Counted from the stretch's first letter, positions 1 through 13,541 are shown. The stretch is 64,000 nt of DNA from an uncultured delta proteobacterium (GCA_963806225.1 CAWDXG010000001.1:1280001-1344000), one strand, 5' to 3'. The notes: generated from the sequence alone by a model not told the origin. Made by a program: numbers and translations.

Positions 1-739
1 ACAGTAGGGGCAGCCGACGCGCTCGGCGCGCTCGCCGCTGAGGCTGGGGATGTCGCCGCCGCAGTTCGGGCACTTGATCTGGTCGAGCTTGACCTTCTGC
101 TGCGGTGCGCTCGCCCAGCTGCGTGACCTGCATCTGCGTCTCGGCGAAGACCCAGCCGATGAACACCTCGTAGGCGCCGCTGTTGTCGCCGTAGTCGAGC
201 GTCGCAAACCCGTTGTTCTGCCCGTAGCAGTCGGCGTAGTAGCGGGTGATGCCGGCGGGGATGGCGCCGGGCAGCTCGCCCTCGGCGCTCGTCACCCGCG
301 CGCTCTTGATCTCGGCGACGCGGAACGTGCCGGCCTCGCCGAGCGGCACGTCCATCTCGATGGCCAGCGCGTTCAGCGGCGGGATGCCGAGCCCCTCGAC
401 CTTGTTCGTGACGTACCAGTGGCCCTGCGCGAAGGCGAGCCAGCCCCAGGTTTGCCCGTAGTCGAAGGCGACGTAGTACTCGTCCCAGGGACCCGCGCCG
501 TAGTCGAGCTGCACACGGCCGAGCACCTCGAAGGGGCGGTTCGACAGCGTGCCCTGGTCGCCGACGGCGATCAGCGACGGCGTGTTGGCGAGGTCGGCGA
601 CCTTGCCCAGATTCTGCAGCCCGCGGTCGGTGCGCAGCACGGTACTGCGGCAGTACGGGCACACCTTGGCCATCGACGAGCCGACGCCGAACTCGATGGG
701 CGCGCCGCAGCCCGGACAGGACCCCTGGGCAACCGGCAT
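1..739 (-). CDS. DUF4178-like protein with zinc ribbons (3' end runs off the window)
   Basis: Not in the ORF track; read manually from ATG at 739: MPVAQGSCPGCGAPIEF...VCPYCRSTVLR...LGRVQLDYGAGPWDEYY..., with a second CPNCG...GCPYC pair at the window edge. Confidence 0.7.
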   Translation of the reverse strand, partial: MPVAQGSCPGCGAPIEFGVGSSMAKVCPYCRSTVLRTDRGLQNLGKVADLANTPSLIAVGDQGTLSNRPFEVLGRVQLDYGAGPWDEYYVAFDYGQTWGWLAFAQGHWYVTNKVEGLGIPPLNALAIEMDVPLGEAGTFRVAEIKSARVTSAEGELPGAIPAGITRYYADCYGQNNGFATLDYGDNSGAYEVFIGWVFAETQMQVTQLGERTAAEGQARPDQVPELRRRHPQPQRRARRARRLPLL

Positions 740-873
740 ACGATCACCCAGCGCGCCGGTCGCCCCGGCGACGCAACGTGACAGCTTTCCCGAGCGAGAA
801 CCGCATCTTCCGACCCGGGGCGGAGCGTAGCAGGAAGCCGCCGTCCGGTTGGAAGGGGGCGGGCCCGCTGCCG

Positions 874-1840
874 TCAGTCCCGCGCCGAGAGCGCCTCGGC
901 GACCAGATCCTCGAGCTCGTCGTCGGCGGGATCGGCCTGCCGCGGCTTGTTGCGGCGCGGAGGAGCCGCCAGCGAGTGCCGCCTCGATGTCGTCGAGGCC
1001 GGCCCCGTCCTTCTTCTGCTTCCGAAGGCGCGCATCAGCCAGGGCCGTGTCTCGCTCGAGCTCGTAGTGGCCGAGCGCGACCAGCTCCGGGGCGCGCTTC
1101 AACGCTTCGACGAGCGCCGGATTGGAGCGGACCAGGTCGCGGGCTTCGCCCAGCGCCGCGCGCTGCGTTGCGCCGAGCTCGCCGAGTGCCCGCTTGAGCG
1201 GGATGGCCGCCCACCGCGCAGAACAGCGAGAACGCGATGGCGAGCTCCGGCGTGCTCAAGGCGCGGTGACCGTCGCGACCGACGGCCCGCCGCAGCTCTT
1301 CGTATAGATGTAGCTGCCCTCGAGCAGCAGCTCGCCGAAGCCGAGCTCGACCGCGCACAGATCGGCGCTCGCCTCGGCCGGTTCTTCGATCGGCGCCTCG
1401 TCGCTTTCCGTTTCACTCAGGAACACGAAGCCCAGCGCTCGGGCGATGTTCGCCGTGAGCACCACCGGGTGGCCGACCTCGAGCGCGGGCACGTTGAGCG
1501 TCCAGCTGTCGCCGTTGTCGACGAGGCGCGTGAGCCCCTCGGCCGTCGGCGCGGGCGCCGAGCAGCACGCGCCGCTGCCGCACGAAGCGCCTTCGTCGTC
1601 CTCCTCGCCTTCCGGCGCGATCACGTGCACGTCGATGGGGATGTCGCTCATGCCGGCGTGCGCCTGCATGCGGCGCACGAGCTTCTCGACGGAGGGCTGG
1701 TCGGTGCTGAAAGCGTCGGGAAAGAACTCGGCCGTAGGCAGCACCATCGGCCGATCGCCGAACTCCTCGCGGCGCCCTTCGAGCAGCCGCGCGATGCGTT
1801 CGACGAGCTCGCGCTGGACGGGCAGGTCAGGCAGCTCCAT
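874..1840 (-). CDS. Hypothetical protein, several frameshifts; resembles a degenerate zincin-like protein
   Basis: ORF 1256..1840 continues in other frames (LSTPELAIAFSLFCAVGGHP; ...PADDELEDLVAEALSARD*, stop at 874-876). Confidence 0.55.
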
Positions 1841-1880
1841 ACCCGGATCGTGGCAGAGCCGGCGGCGGGGGTCCAGCCGG

Positions 1881-2408
1881 TCAGTGCGGCGCGCGTACCC
1901 GGCGGCGGCGCAGATCGCCGCGGCGCACGCGCTCCATCTCGGCGAGGCGCGTGATCACGCCGCGGGAGACGATCTCGAGCACGCGGCGGACGATCTTGTT
2001 GCGCTTGGACGGCGAGCCGCCGAACTCCAGGTGGCTCTTGGCGGTCTTGCCGCTGGGCAGCTTGCCGTAGGCGGTGCAGCGCACGTGCAGTACGCCGTCC
2101 TGCGTCTCGAGCGAGAGCTCGCGCACGAAGAAGCGGTACTCGATGGTGGTGCCGCGGCCCGCGCCCCAGTCGGCGTGGTAGGCGTCGTGGCGCAGGGCGC
2201 GACGCAGGTGCTTCTTGAAGTAGTGCGCGCCCGGGATGTCGTCGGGGAACTCGAGGCGGTCGAGCTTGACCGTGGGGTGGCCCTGCCGGCGCGCAGGCTT
2301 GGTGCTTGCGCCGCGAGCGGGCTCGGCCGACGCCGGCCGCACGGCCGCGGAAAGAAGCCCCGCCACGCAGATCGCGGCGAGCAGGATCCGCATCCTGACC
2401 CTTGTCAT
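1881..2408 (-). CDS. Secreted hypothetical protein, basic
   Basis: Signal peptide MTRVRMRILLAAICVAGLLSAAVRPASA; ATG at 2408 inside ORF 1881..2609. Confidence 0.65.
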   Translation of the reverse strand: MTRVRMRILLAAICVAGLLSAAVRPASAEPARGASTKPARRQGHPTVKLDRLEFPDDIPGAHYFKKHLRRALRHDAYHADWGAGRGTTIEYRFFVRELSLETQDGVLHVRCTAYGKLPSGKTAKSHLEFGGSPSKRNKIVRRVLEIVSRGVITRLAEMERVRRGDLRRRRVRAPH

Positions 2409-2552
2409 GCGCGCCGATTGTGGATTCCTGGAGACAATCCGGCCAAATCGCCTGCAGAAACGCCTCCGGCGCGGCTCACGCGGGGTACCCCTGACGTTCC
2501 GACAGCTGCGGGTTCCCCTTGTGGTGGATAAACCGGACATGGCCGGGCGAGC

Positions 2553-4924
2553 ATGGTGTCCCAGGAGGTTGGCTCGTGGCTCTTCTTGGGGATTGGTGTG
2601 CCCGCGCACTGGTTGTGTCTGTTGGTCTGGCCGCGGGGTGCGGCGGCGGGGGCGGTTCCGCTGCCGATGCGCCGGATGGCTCGGCGCCTGCCGACCTGCC
2701 AGCCCCAGAAGGCCCAGGGCAATCTGTGCAGTGAACAGGCCGGCGTCTACTGCAACGCCGCCAACTGCCGCATCTGCTCGAGTGGCAACTGCGTCGACGG
2801 CTATTGCTGCGACACGGCCTGCAATGGTGCATGCGATGCCTGTTCGGTGGCGACCGGAGCGAACGCCAACGGCACGTGCTCTGTGGTGTCCCCGGGTGCG
2901 CCGGGCAACCCGGCTTGCTCGCCGTACGTGTGCAGCGGTTCAAGCGCCGCGTGCCCCGGCGTGTGCTTGAAGGACGCGGATTGCGACAGCACGCACTATT
3001 GCGCTTCCGACCAGACCTGCGCTCCGCGCAAGGCCCAGGGGCTGAACTGCGACGACGGAGCCGGCGGCGATTGCCAGGTCACCGGTTGCCGCGTCTGCAC
3101 GACGGGCAACTGCGTGGACGGCTACTGCTGTGACACGGCCTGCAGCGGCACCTGCCAGGCGTGCAGCGCCGTCAAGAAGGGCAGCGGCGTCAACGGAACA
3201 TGCGGCGCCGTGGCTTCGAAGACCGATCCGGACAACGAATGCACGGCCGCAGCGGTAGCGGGCTGCGGCGAGAACGGCAACTGCGACGGTGCGGGAGCGT
3301 GCGCGCTGTATGCGTCGGGGACGGTGTGCCAGCCGAAGAGCTGCGCCAACGGTACGACCCAGAACAACGCCGACACCTGTGACGGCAACGGAACCTGCGT
3401 GGACAAGGGCACCACGAGCTGCTCGCCCTACTCGTGCAGCGGCACCTCCTGCGTCGGAGGCAGCTGCAACACCGACGCGGACTGTCAGAGCGGCTACTAC
3501 TGCGGTACCGACGGCCAGTACCACGGGCAGAAGAGCCAGGGCCAGAGCTGCGACCCCGCCGCCGACTGCAAGGGTGGCAGCTGCGGCGTCTGCGCCACCG
3601 GCCACTGCGTCGACGGCGTGTGCTGCGACACGGCGTGCGCCGCCGCGTGCGACGCATGCTCCACCGCGGCCGGGGCGAGCACCAACGGTACGTGCGCCAT
3701 CCTGTCGGCTGGCGCAGCGGGCGCTCCGGCGTGCACGCCGCTCGTCTGCGACGGGTCCAACGCCGCCTGCCCGACGGCGTGCGTCTCCGATGCCGGATGC
3801 GATGCGACGCATTTGCGGCGGACCAGACCTGCAAGCCGAAGAAGGTCCAGGGCTCCTTGTGCGACAAGTCGGCCGGCGGAGACTGCTTCAACACCGGCTG
3901 CGGCGTGTGCCAGACGGGCAACTGCGTCGACGGCTTCTGCTGCGACACGGCGTGCAGCGGTGCGTGCCAGTCCTGTAGCAGCGCCGCGAAGGGGGCCGGC
4001 AACAACGGAGAGTGCGGCGCCGTCGCCGACCGCACCGATCCCGACGGCGATTGTTCGCCGTACACGTGTACGGCCGGAGCGTGCGGGACCGGTTGCACCG
4101 CCGACGCCGATTGCGGCTCGGGCAAGGCGTGTGTCACCGCGACGGGCCAGTGTGTGACGCCGGCGGCGCAGGGCACGCAGTGCTCCGTGAAGGAGGAGTG
4201 CCAGTCCGGCTTCTGCGTGGACGGCGTGTGCTGCGACACCGCCTGCACCGGGCAGTGCGAGGCGTGCAACGCCGCCACTCCCGGAACGTGCGTCGGCATC
4301 GACGGCAACCCCCACGGGAAGCGACCCGCGTGCGGCAGCGATGGCAGCAACTGCGCCGGCACCTGCAAGAGCCAGAACCGCGCCCAGTGCACGTATCCGG
4401 CTTCCGGGAATGCCTGCGGCTCTCCGACCTGTACGAATGGTACGGCCGAGACCTTCGCCTGCGACGGGCAGGGAACGTGCGCGGCGCAGAGCACCAAGGA
4501 CTGCAGCCCATACGTGTGCGACGCAACAGAATGCAAGACCGCCTGTACCTCCAACGCCGACTGCACGCAGGGCTACGGTTGTTCCGCGGACGGCAAGTGT
4601 GTGCCGACCGGCAACTCGAAGTGCTCGAAAGACCTGTCGGAGGAGCAGACACCTACGGGAACGAAGGCCTGCGACGCGTTCCTGTGCAACCCGGCCAGTG
4701 GAACCTGTCGCGAGGTGTGTTCCGCTTCCGACCAGTGCGCGACGGGGTACGTGTGCAACCCGACGACCAAGACGTGCGTGAAGCAGGGCGGCGGCGCGAG
4801 CGGCCAGGATCAGGGCGGCTGCGGGTGCCGCACGGCGGGACGCCGGCAGGGCGGTGGGGCGCCGGTGCTCGCGCTGCTCTCGCTCCTGCTGCTCGGTGCC
4901 TACCGGCGCCGGGATCGGGTCTGA
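2553..4924 (+). CDS. Cys-rich repeat surface protein with MYXO-CTERM sorting signal (frameshifted)
   Basis: Repeated GxCVDGxCCDTACxGxCxAC modules in ORFs 2553..4157 and 3434..4924, with a frame switch near 3812; C-terminus GGCGCRTAG...LALLSLLLLGAYRRR. Confidence 0.85.
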
Positions 4925-5063
4925 CGCGGGCGAGCGGCGCCCTTCTGCCGGCTCCCAAAAGCCCCGGGGGCCGGAGTTCCATCGGCGAATCGGGTCAAAT
5001 CGCCCGCGGCCGACCGGCGGCGACCTTTACGCGCCCCCCCGGCCGGCGCTACATCCCCGCCTG

Positions 5064-6754
5064 ATGGCTTCCGGGATCGCCGCCGACCGCCCCGACGTGG
5101 ACGTGATCGTCATCGGCGGCGGGGTCAACGGCACCGGCGTGGCGCGCGACTGCGCGCTGCGCGGCATGCGCGTCGCTCTGTTCGAGCGCAACGACATCGC
5201 CTTCGGTGCGAGCGGCAACTCGAGCGGCATGATCCACGGCGGGCCGCGCTACCTGACCTACGACCCGGACGTGACCTACACGTCGTGCCTCGACTCCGGG
5301 CACATCCAGCACATCGCGCCGCACCTGCTTGTTCCGCATCCCGTTCCTGATGCCGATCCACCGCATGCGGATCGGCTCGAAAGTGGCGCTTGACGCTGTT
5401 CGACGCGTTCTTCGATCTGTACGACAAATACCAGCCCCTCAAGCACGGCAAGCCGCACGTGCGGCTCGATCCCGACGACATGCGCAAGCTCGAGCCGGGG
5501 CTCATGGGCGACCTGGTGGGCGGCGTGAGCTTCGACGAGTGGGGCATCGACGGCGCGCGGCTGTGCATCGGAAGCGCGGTGGACGCCATCGAGCGCGGCG
5601 CGGAAGTGCGCGTGCACACGACCGTGACCGAGTTGCTCCGGCATGACGACGGTTCGGTGTACGGGGTCCGCTACCGCGACCGCACGACGGGCGAGGCCGG
5701 CGCGCGCACGGCCCGCGTCGTGGTCAACGCCACCGGCGCCTGGGCGCCGATCACCGGCGACGCTCGGCGGGCTCGAAGCCGAAGGCCGCGCGCGTGCGCC
5801 CCGGCAAGGGGATCCACGTGTTCATGGATCGGCGGCTGACGAACTACGCGGTGGTGGCGCGCGCCATCGACGGTCGCCAGGTGTTCCTGCAGCCGTGGCA
5901 GAACATGAGCGTCATCGGCACCACCGACGACGACTACTACGGCGACCTCGACGAGGTGGTCGCGACCGGCGACGAGGTCCGCTATCTGGTGCAGGCCGTG
6001 GAGCGGGTGTTCCCGTCGGTGCGGCAGGCGCGCATCATCGGCACCTGGGGCGGCGTCAGACCCACGCTCTACGCCTGGGGCCCGAACGAGGACCAGCTCT
6101 CGCGCGAGCACGAGATCATCGACCACGAAGAGCACGGCGCCGATGGTCTGTACTCGATGGTAGGCGGCAAGCTCGCGAGCTACCGCATCTTCTCCGAGGA
6201 GATGACCGACGTCGTTGCCAAGCGGCTCGGCAACAGCGCGGAGTGCCGCACGCACCTGTTGCCGCTGCCCGGCGGCGACGAGCAGCTCGACCCGATGCAG
6301 CTCGTCGAGCGCGGGCACCTCGGTCCGGTGACGGCCAAGCGGCTCGAATACCGCCACGGCAGCCGCAGCCTGCGCGTGCTCGAGCGCATCTTCAAGCGAG
6401 CCGCGCGAAGCGGCGGTGGTGTGCGAGTGCGAGCCCGTCACCGAAGCCGAGGTGCGCTACGTCGTGGAAAACGAGCTGGCCCAGGACGTCGACGACGTGT
6501 CGCGCCGCACGCGGCTCGGGCTCGGCGCCTGCGGCGGCATGCGCTGCGCGGCGCGCTGCGGGCAGATCGTGGCCCAGATGACCGGTCGCTCGCCGCGCGA
6601 CGGCCACCGCATGGCGCTCTCGTTCCTCGAGGGCGCTGCGCGCCGGCGCGTGTGCGGCATCGGCCCGCAGCAGGCGCAGCAGGAGGCGCTCTCCATGGCC
6701 GTGCTTCGCGCCGAGCTCGGCAGAGGGCGGCCCGACGACGAGGCCGGCTTGTGA
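5064..6754 (+). CDS. glpA: FAD-dependent glycerol-3-phosphate dehydrogenase, anaerobic subunit A type (frameshifted)
   Basis: DVIVIGGGVNGTGVARDCALRG, SSGMIHGGPRYL, VVNATGAWA, GVRP, GGKL, C-terminal CECE...RTRLGLGACGGMRC (BFD-like 2Fe-2S); split over about five indels. Confidence 0.85.
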
Positions 6755-7923
6755 AGCTCGTCGTGATCGGAGCAGGAGCAGCCGGCGTCGCGGCCGCGTG
6801 GCGCGCCGCCCGGAGTGCGGACGTGACTCTGGTGCATGACACGGCGGGCGCGACGTCGCTCTACCCCGGCGCCGTGGATCTGCTCGAGTGGGACGACCCG
6901 CGCCCGGCTCCGCCCCTGGACGCTCCAAGCAGCGAGCTGGCCGGGAAGCTGTGGCGGCTCGGCGAGCCGGCATGTCGCGTGGCGACGGGCGCCGGCGTGC
7001 TGCGCCCCGCGCGTGGGATCGATCCGGCGCTGCTCGATCTGGCGCCGCTTGCCGGCCGTCACGTGGCCGTGGCCGACGTCGGTCGCGATGCGTGGGACGC
7101 GGCGCTGGTGGCGCGCGCGCTCGCGGACTCCGCGTGGGCGCGCCAGACGAAGACGCGCTTCTCCGTCGTCGAGGTCGCGGCGCTGCGCCATACGCACGAG
7201 CGGTTCATCCCGGCGTGGGATTTCGCAGAGCTGCACGACGATCCCGACCGCCGCGCCTGGCTCTGCGAGCGCATTGGACGCGCGCACAGCGACGCGGACG
7301 CGTGGTTGTTCGGGCCCTGGCTCGGCGTGGAGCCGGGCTCGGCCGCGGCGCTCCGTGAAGCGCTGAGGCGTCCGGTGGGCGAGACCACCTCGCCGCCGGG
7401 CGGCGCGGCCGGCACGCGCTTCGAACGCGCGCGCGCCGCGCTGCTGGCCGAGGCCGGCGTGGTGGTGCTCGAGGCCCGCGCGCGCTCGGTGGCTCCGGAC
7501 GGAAACGGCTGGCGCGTCGAGCTCGGCCCGGCGCGGAGCGGCTCCGGTGCCGACGAGGCGCTTCAGGCCGACGCCGCGGTGCTCGCCGTGGGCGGCGTGG
7601 CAGCCGGGGGCATCGTGCTCGACGAGCCGCGCGCCGGACATCGAGGCGGTGCGTCGTACCACCTGTCGCTGCGCGCGCCGGTGCGCTTCGAGCTCGACGG
7701 CGAGGAGCTCGACGGCGTCTCGTCGCTCCACGGTGTGGACTTCGAGGCGCGCGGTCTGGGGGCGCTCGCGCGCGTCGGCGTGCTCGCGCGGGGAGGGCTG
7801 GTGAGCGGACAGCGGGGCTTGTTTGTCGCGGGCGACGCTCGGGCCGGTGGCCCGCGCACCGCGCTCGAAGCCGTGCGCACCGGGATTTCCGCGGCGGACG
7901 CGGCGCTCGCCGACAGCGCGTGA
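6751..7923 (+). CDS. glpB: Anaerobic glycerol-3-phosphate dehydrogenase subunit B-like FAD protein
   Basis: GTG overlaps the glpA stop (GTGA); VVIGAGAAG FAD motif, GATSLYPGAVD, VLAVGGVAAGGI, LFVAGD. Confidence 0.65.
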   Translation: MKLVVIGAGAAGVAAAWRAARSADVTLVHDTAGATSLYPGAVDLLEWDDPRPAPPLDAPSSELAGKLWRLGEPACRVATGAGVLRPARGIDPALLDLAPLAGRHVAVADVGRDAWDAALVARALADSAWARQTKTRFSVVEVAALRHTHERFIPAWDFAELHDDPDRRAWLCERIGRAHSDADAWLFGPWLGVEPGSAAALREALRRPVGETTSPPGGAAGTRFERARAALLAEAGVVVLEARARSVAPDGNGWRVELGPARSGSGADEALQADAAVLAVGGVAAGGIVLDEPRAGHRGGASYHLSLRAPVRFELDGEELDGVSSLHGVDFEARGLGALARVGVLARGGLVSGQRGLFVAGDARAGGPRTALEAVRTGISAADAALADSA

Positions 7924-7989
7924 CGGCGGGCAGCCGGCGCCCGGGCGGCCGTTGCGCGGATCGCGGCGATGCGGTACTTCGGCCCGACC

Positions 7990-10755
<2,766 letters not shown>

Positions 10756-10758
<3 letters not shown>

Positions 10759-10809
10759 CTGTTGGCTATTGCGCAAAGCGCTCACCCAACAGCTAACAGC
10801 TAACAGCTA
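10756..10809. terminator. Inverted repeat plus (AACAGCT)3 between convergent acnA and gspC; probable bidirectional terminator or REP-like element
   Basis: TAGCTGTTGG (10756-10765) pairs with CCAACAGCTA (10786-10795); inner GCGC-AAA-GCGC; three heptamers at 10788-10808. Confidence 0.55.
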
Positions 10810-11796
10810 CTTCACGTGGAAGTCGATGGCCGAGGCCTTGCCGCCTCGCTTGATCTTGACGCTGATGTTGGAGGCGGTGCGCAGGCGCGCGTAGGCCTGC
10901 AGCGCCTTCTCGGGGCTCGACAGATTGAAGCCGTTGATCGAGTCGATGCGGTCGCCGTTCTTGAAGCCGAGCTTGCCGAGCAACGTGTCGGGACGGACGT
11001 TGAGCACGCGGATGCCAGCGACGTGGCCGTTTTTCTGGTCGGGTGAGACCCGCACGGAGTGCATCAGCTGCGCGTGCTGGGCGAGGATCATGTCGATGGC
11101 GCTGCGATCCACGTCGAACTCGTTCGGGCCGATCTTCTTGATCTTCTGTGCGATCTTCGCCGGCAGCTTCGGAGGGCCGCGCCTGCGCGTGCGTCCTTTC
11201 TTCCGGGGCTTTCTGTGTGCTTGCGGCTTGGGGCGGCGCGCCTTGGGTTTCTCTTTCGAGAACAGGATGCTCTGGCACAGGTTGCCGTTTCCCGTGAGCC
11301 AGACCGACGGGCTGTGCTTCTCGGGGTTATCGCCGATGTAGGCGATCGTCTTCGCTGCAACCGAGTCACCGACGCGACGCAGCTTCCCGTGGGGCTCGCC
11401 GGGACCCTGCACCATCGCCATCGACCACATTGGGTTTTTGGCCACGGTGGTGCCGTGGACCTGCACGCCGTCGCATTTGGGGGCGGCGAGCGGATCGACG
11501 AGCGGGCCTGGCTTCGCGGTGCGGGCGTCTCCGGTGGGCTGATCCAGCAGCGAGCCGGTCACCGAGTCGAATGGATTGCGCTTCAGGATCGGTCGTCCGC
11601 TCTGGTCGCGGGGCGAGCCCGTCGCTGGCGCGGGCGGTGCCGGGGCGCTGGCCGTGCGCGCCAGCGCTTTGCCGCTCGCGCTGAGCGCGCTGCCGACAAG
11701 CGCAGAGATGCCGTCGGCCTGGAAGTAGGCCGCGATCGCGAGCAATCCCAGCACAGCCAGCCAGAATCGCTGCTTGAGCACCCGATCGAACTGCAT
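10807..11796 (-). CDS. gspC: Type II secretion protein C-like (TM, HR domain, C-terminal PDZ)
   Basis: N-terminal TM, ILKRNPFDS, C-terminal GIRVLNVRPDTLLGKLGFKNGDRIDSINGF...IKRGGK. Confidence 0.8.
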   Translation of the reverse strand: MQFDRVLKQRFWLAVLGLLAIAAYFQADGISALVGSALSASGKALARTASAPAPPAPATGSPRDQSGRPILKRNPFDSVTGSLLDQPTGDARTAKPGPLVDPLAAPKCDGVQVHGTTVAKNPMWSMAMVQGPGEPHGKLRRVGDSVAAKTIAYIGDNPEKHSPSVWLTGNGNLCQSILFSKEKPKARRPKPQAHRKPRKKGRTRRRGPPKLPAKIAQKIKKIGPNEFDVDRSAIDMILAQHAQLMHSVRVSPDQKNGHVAGIRVLNVRPDTLLGKLGFKNGDRIDSINGFNLSSPEKALQAYARLRTASNISVKIKRGGKASAIDFHVK

Positions 11797-11980
11797 AAAA
11801 CCCGCAAGGAGACACGGCCTGCGCCCAGGCCGCGCGTCATCCAGCGCTCTCCGACCCTAACGGTCATGGCGCGCGCCTGCAAACCGGGGGGCGCGCGGTA
11901 TCCGCTGTACGCCGGAGCGGCGGCGCGCATTCCTGGCTGTCCGGGGTGTCGAGCCCGGTGTTCCAGTGCGATAGCCCAGG

Positions 11981-13369
11981 CTAGCGCTTGACGAGCACTC
12001 CCTGCAGGATCTGGTAGCCGATGCTGAGCGCCAGATCCGCGCCGCCGCTGGGGTTTTCGGGGACCTCGCGGGCGACGCCGAGGTGGGTCTGCTCGTCCTC
12101 GGAACTGCCGCCGTCGCCCTCGGCCTTCGCGCCCGCGTCCTGACTGGCGGAGGCCTCGATGGGCGCTCCCGCATCGGCGGACACGCCGGCGCCCGGTGGG
12201 CCCTGCGCCGGCAGGTGGTTTTCGAGATCGCTCTCGCGGACGACGCCGAAGCTCTTGTCCGGCGCGCGTGATGCCGCGACCTTCACGTTGGGCACGACGC
12301 CCTGCGCCTGGATCGAACGCCCGCTGGGTGTGTAGTAGCGCATCGTCGTCAGTCTGAGGCCAGCACCTCCGGGCAGATCCAGAATGGTCTGTACCGAACC
12401 TTTGCCGAAGGTGCGCGCCCCGACCAGCGTGCCGCGGTGCTGGTCCTGCAGCGCGCCAGCCACCAGCTCGGCTGCGCTGGCGCTGTACTCGTTGACCAGC
12501 ACCACGAGCGGGCCGCGTCGGAGCGCGCCGGTGTCGCCGGCGCGCACCTCGTCCACGATCCTGCCGCGGTGGCGCGTGGTGTAGATGACGCCGCTCGTCA
12601 AGAACTCGTCGGCGACTGCGCTGGCTTCGTTCACCAGACCGCCGGGATTGTTGCGCAGGTCGAGCAGGGTGCCGCGCAGATCGCCGTGGGCCTTGTTCCG
12701 GAGCTTGGCGACCGCGGTGAGCAGCTCGTCGTGGGTTCCCTCCTGGAACTGCTTGATGCGGATATAGGCGATGTTCCCGTCGAGCAGCTTGTCCGCCACG
12801 CTGGAGACTTGGATGATCTCGCGCGTCAGCGTGAAGTACAGGAGCTTGTCGCTCCCGTTGCGCCGCACCGTCACGACGACCTTGGTTCCGGGAGGCCCGC
12901 GCATGATGCGGACCAGCTCGTCGGGGCTCTTGCCGCGCACGCTCTGGTTGTCGATGGCGATGATGCGATCGCCGGGCTTGATTCCGGCGTGGTCGGCCGG
13001 TGAGCCCTCGATCGGAGCGATCACCGTCACGTGGTCTTCCTGGAAGTCGACCTCCACGCCGATGCCGCCGAAGTGCCCCTCGGTGTCGGACTCGAAGATC
13101 TTGTAGTCCTCCGGGGGCATGTAGTCCGAGTGCGGGTCGAGCTCGGCGACCATGCCCTTGATCGCGCCCTCGACCAGCCGCCGCCGATCGACCGGCTCGA
13201 CGTAGTCGTTCTCGATCAGCACCAGCACCCGCGACATCTGCTGGAGCATGTCGTACGGGCTGTCCGCACCCGTGCGCGCCACCGCCAGGTTCGTGGCAAA
13301 GGCCCCGCCCGTGAAGGCGACGGCAGTCAGGAGGAGAGGTCGGAGCAGCGCTCGCGTTCGGGGACCCAT
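11981..13369 (-). CDS. ctpA: S41 family carboxy-terminal processing protease
   Basis: LDPHSDY, FGGIGVE PDZ, LDLRNNPGG, SASAAE, TFGKGSVQ, YYTPSGRSIQ. Confidence 0.93.
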   Translation of the reverse strand: MGPRTRALLRPLLLTAVAFTGGAFATNLAVARTGADSPYDMLQQMSRVLVLIENDYVEPVDRRRLVEGAIKGMVAELDPHSDYMPPEDYKIFESDTEGHFGGIGVEVDFQEDHVTVIAPIEGSPADHAGIKPGDRIIAIDNQSVRGKSPDELVRIMRGPPGTKVVVTVRRNGSDKLLYFTLTREIIQVSSVADKLLDGNIAYIRIKQFQEGTHDELLTAVAKLRNKAHGDLRGTLLDLRNNPGGLVNEASAVADEFLTSGVIYTTRHRGRIVDEVRAGDTGALRRGPLVVLVNEYSASAAELVAGALQDQHRGTLVGARTFGKGSVQTILDLPGGAGLRLTTMRYYTPSGRSIQAQGVVPNVKVAASRAPDKSFGVVRESDLENHLPAQGPPGAGVSADAGAPIEASASQDAGAKAEGDGGSSEDEQTHLGVAREVPENPSGGADLALSIGYQILQGVLVKR

Positions 13370-13541
13370 GCCCGAAGGTATAGCCCGGCCCTGGGTTTTC
13401 GGGATTTTCCCGGCGCGCGCGCGGTGGAGGCCCGATGGCCGGCGCCGGGGACAACCCGATTGATTTCAGGGTCCTGTAGGTGGTAGTAACGAAATGCGCG
13501 GTGTCCGGCGACACCCGCCTACACCGTGGCGAGGTCCGGCT

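Noticed and set aside
1256..5393. TGA stops at 1256 and 5391 as selenocysteine codons
   Set aside because: The protein continues in a different frame after each, so these are indels and not in-frame UGA
5794..7923. Apparent 709-aa glpA-glpB fusion
   Set aside because: Created by an indel near 6400; the real glpA end is in another frame and glpB has its own GTG at 6751
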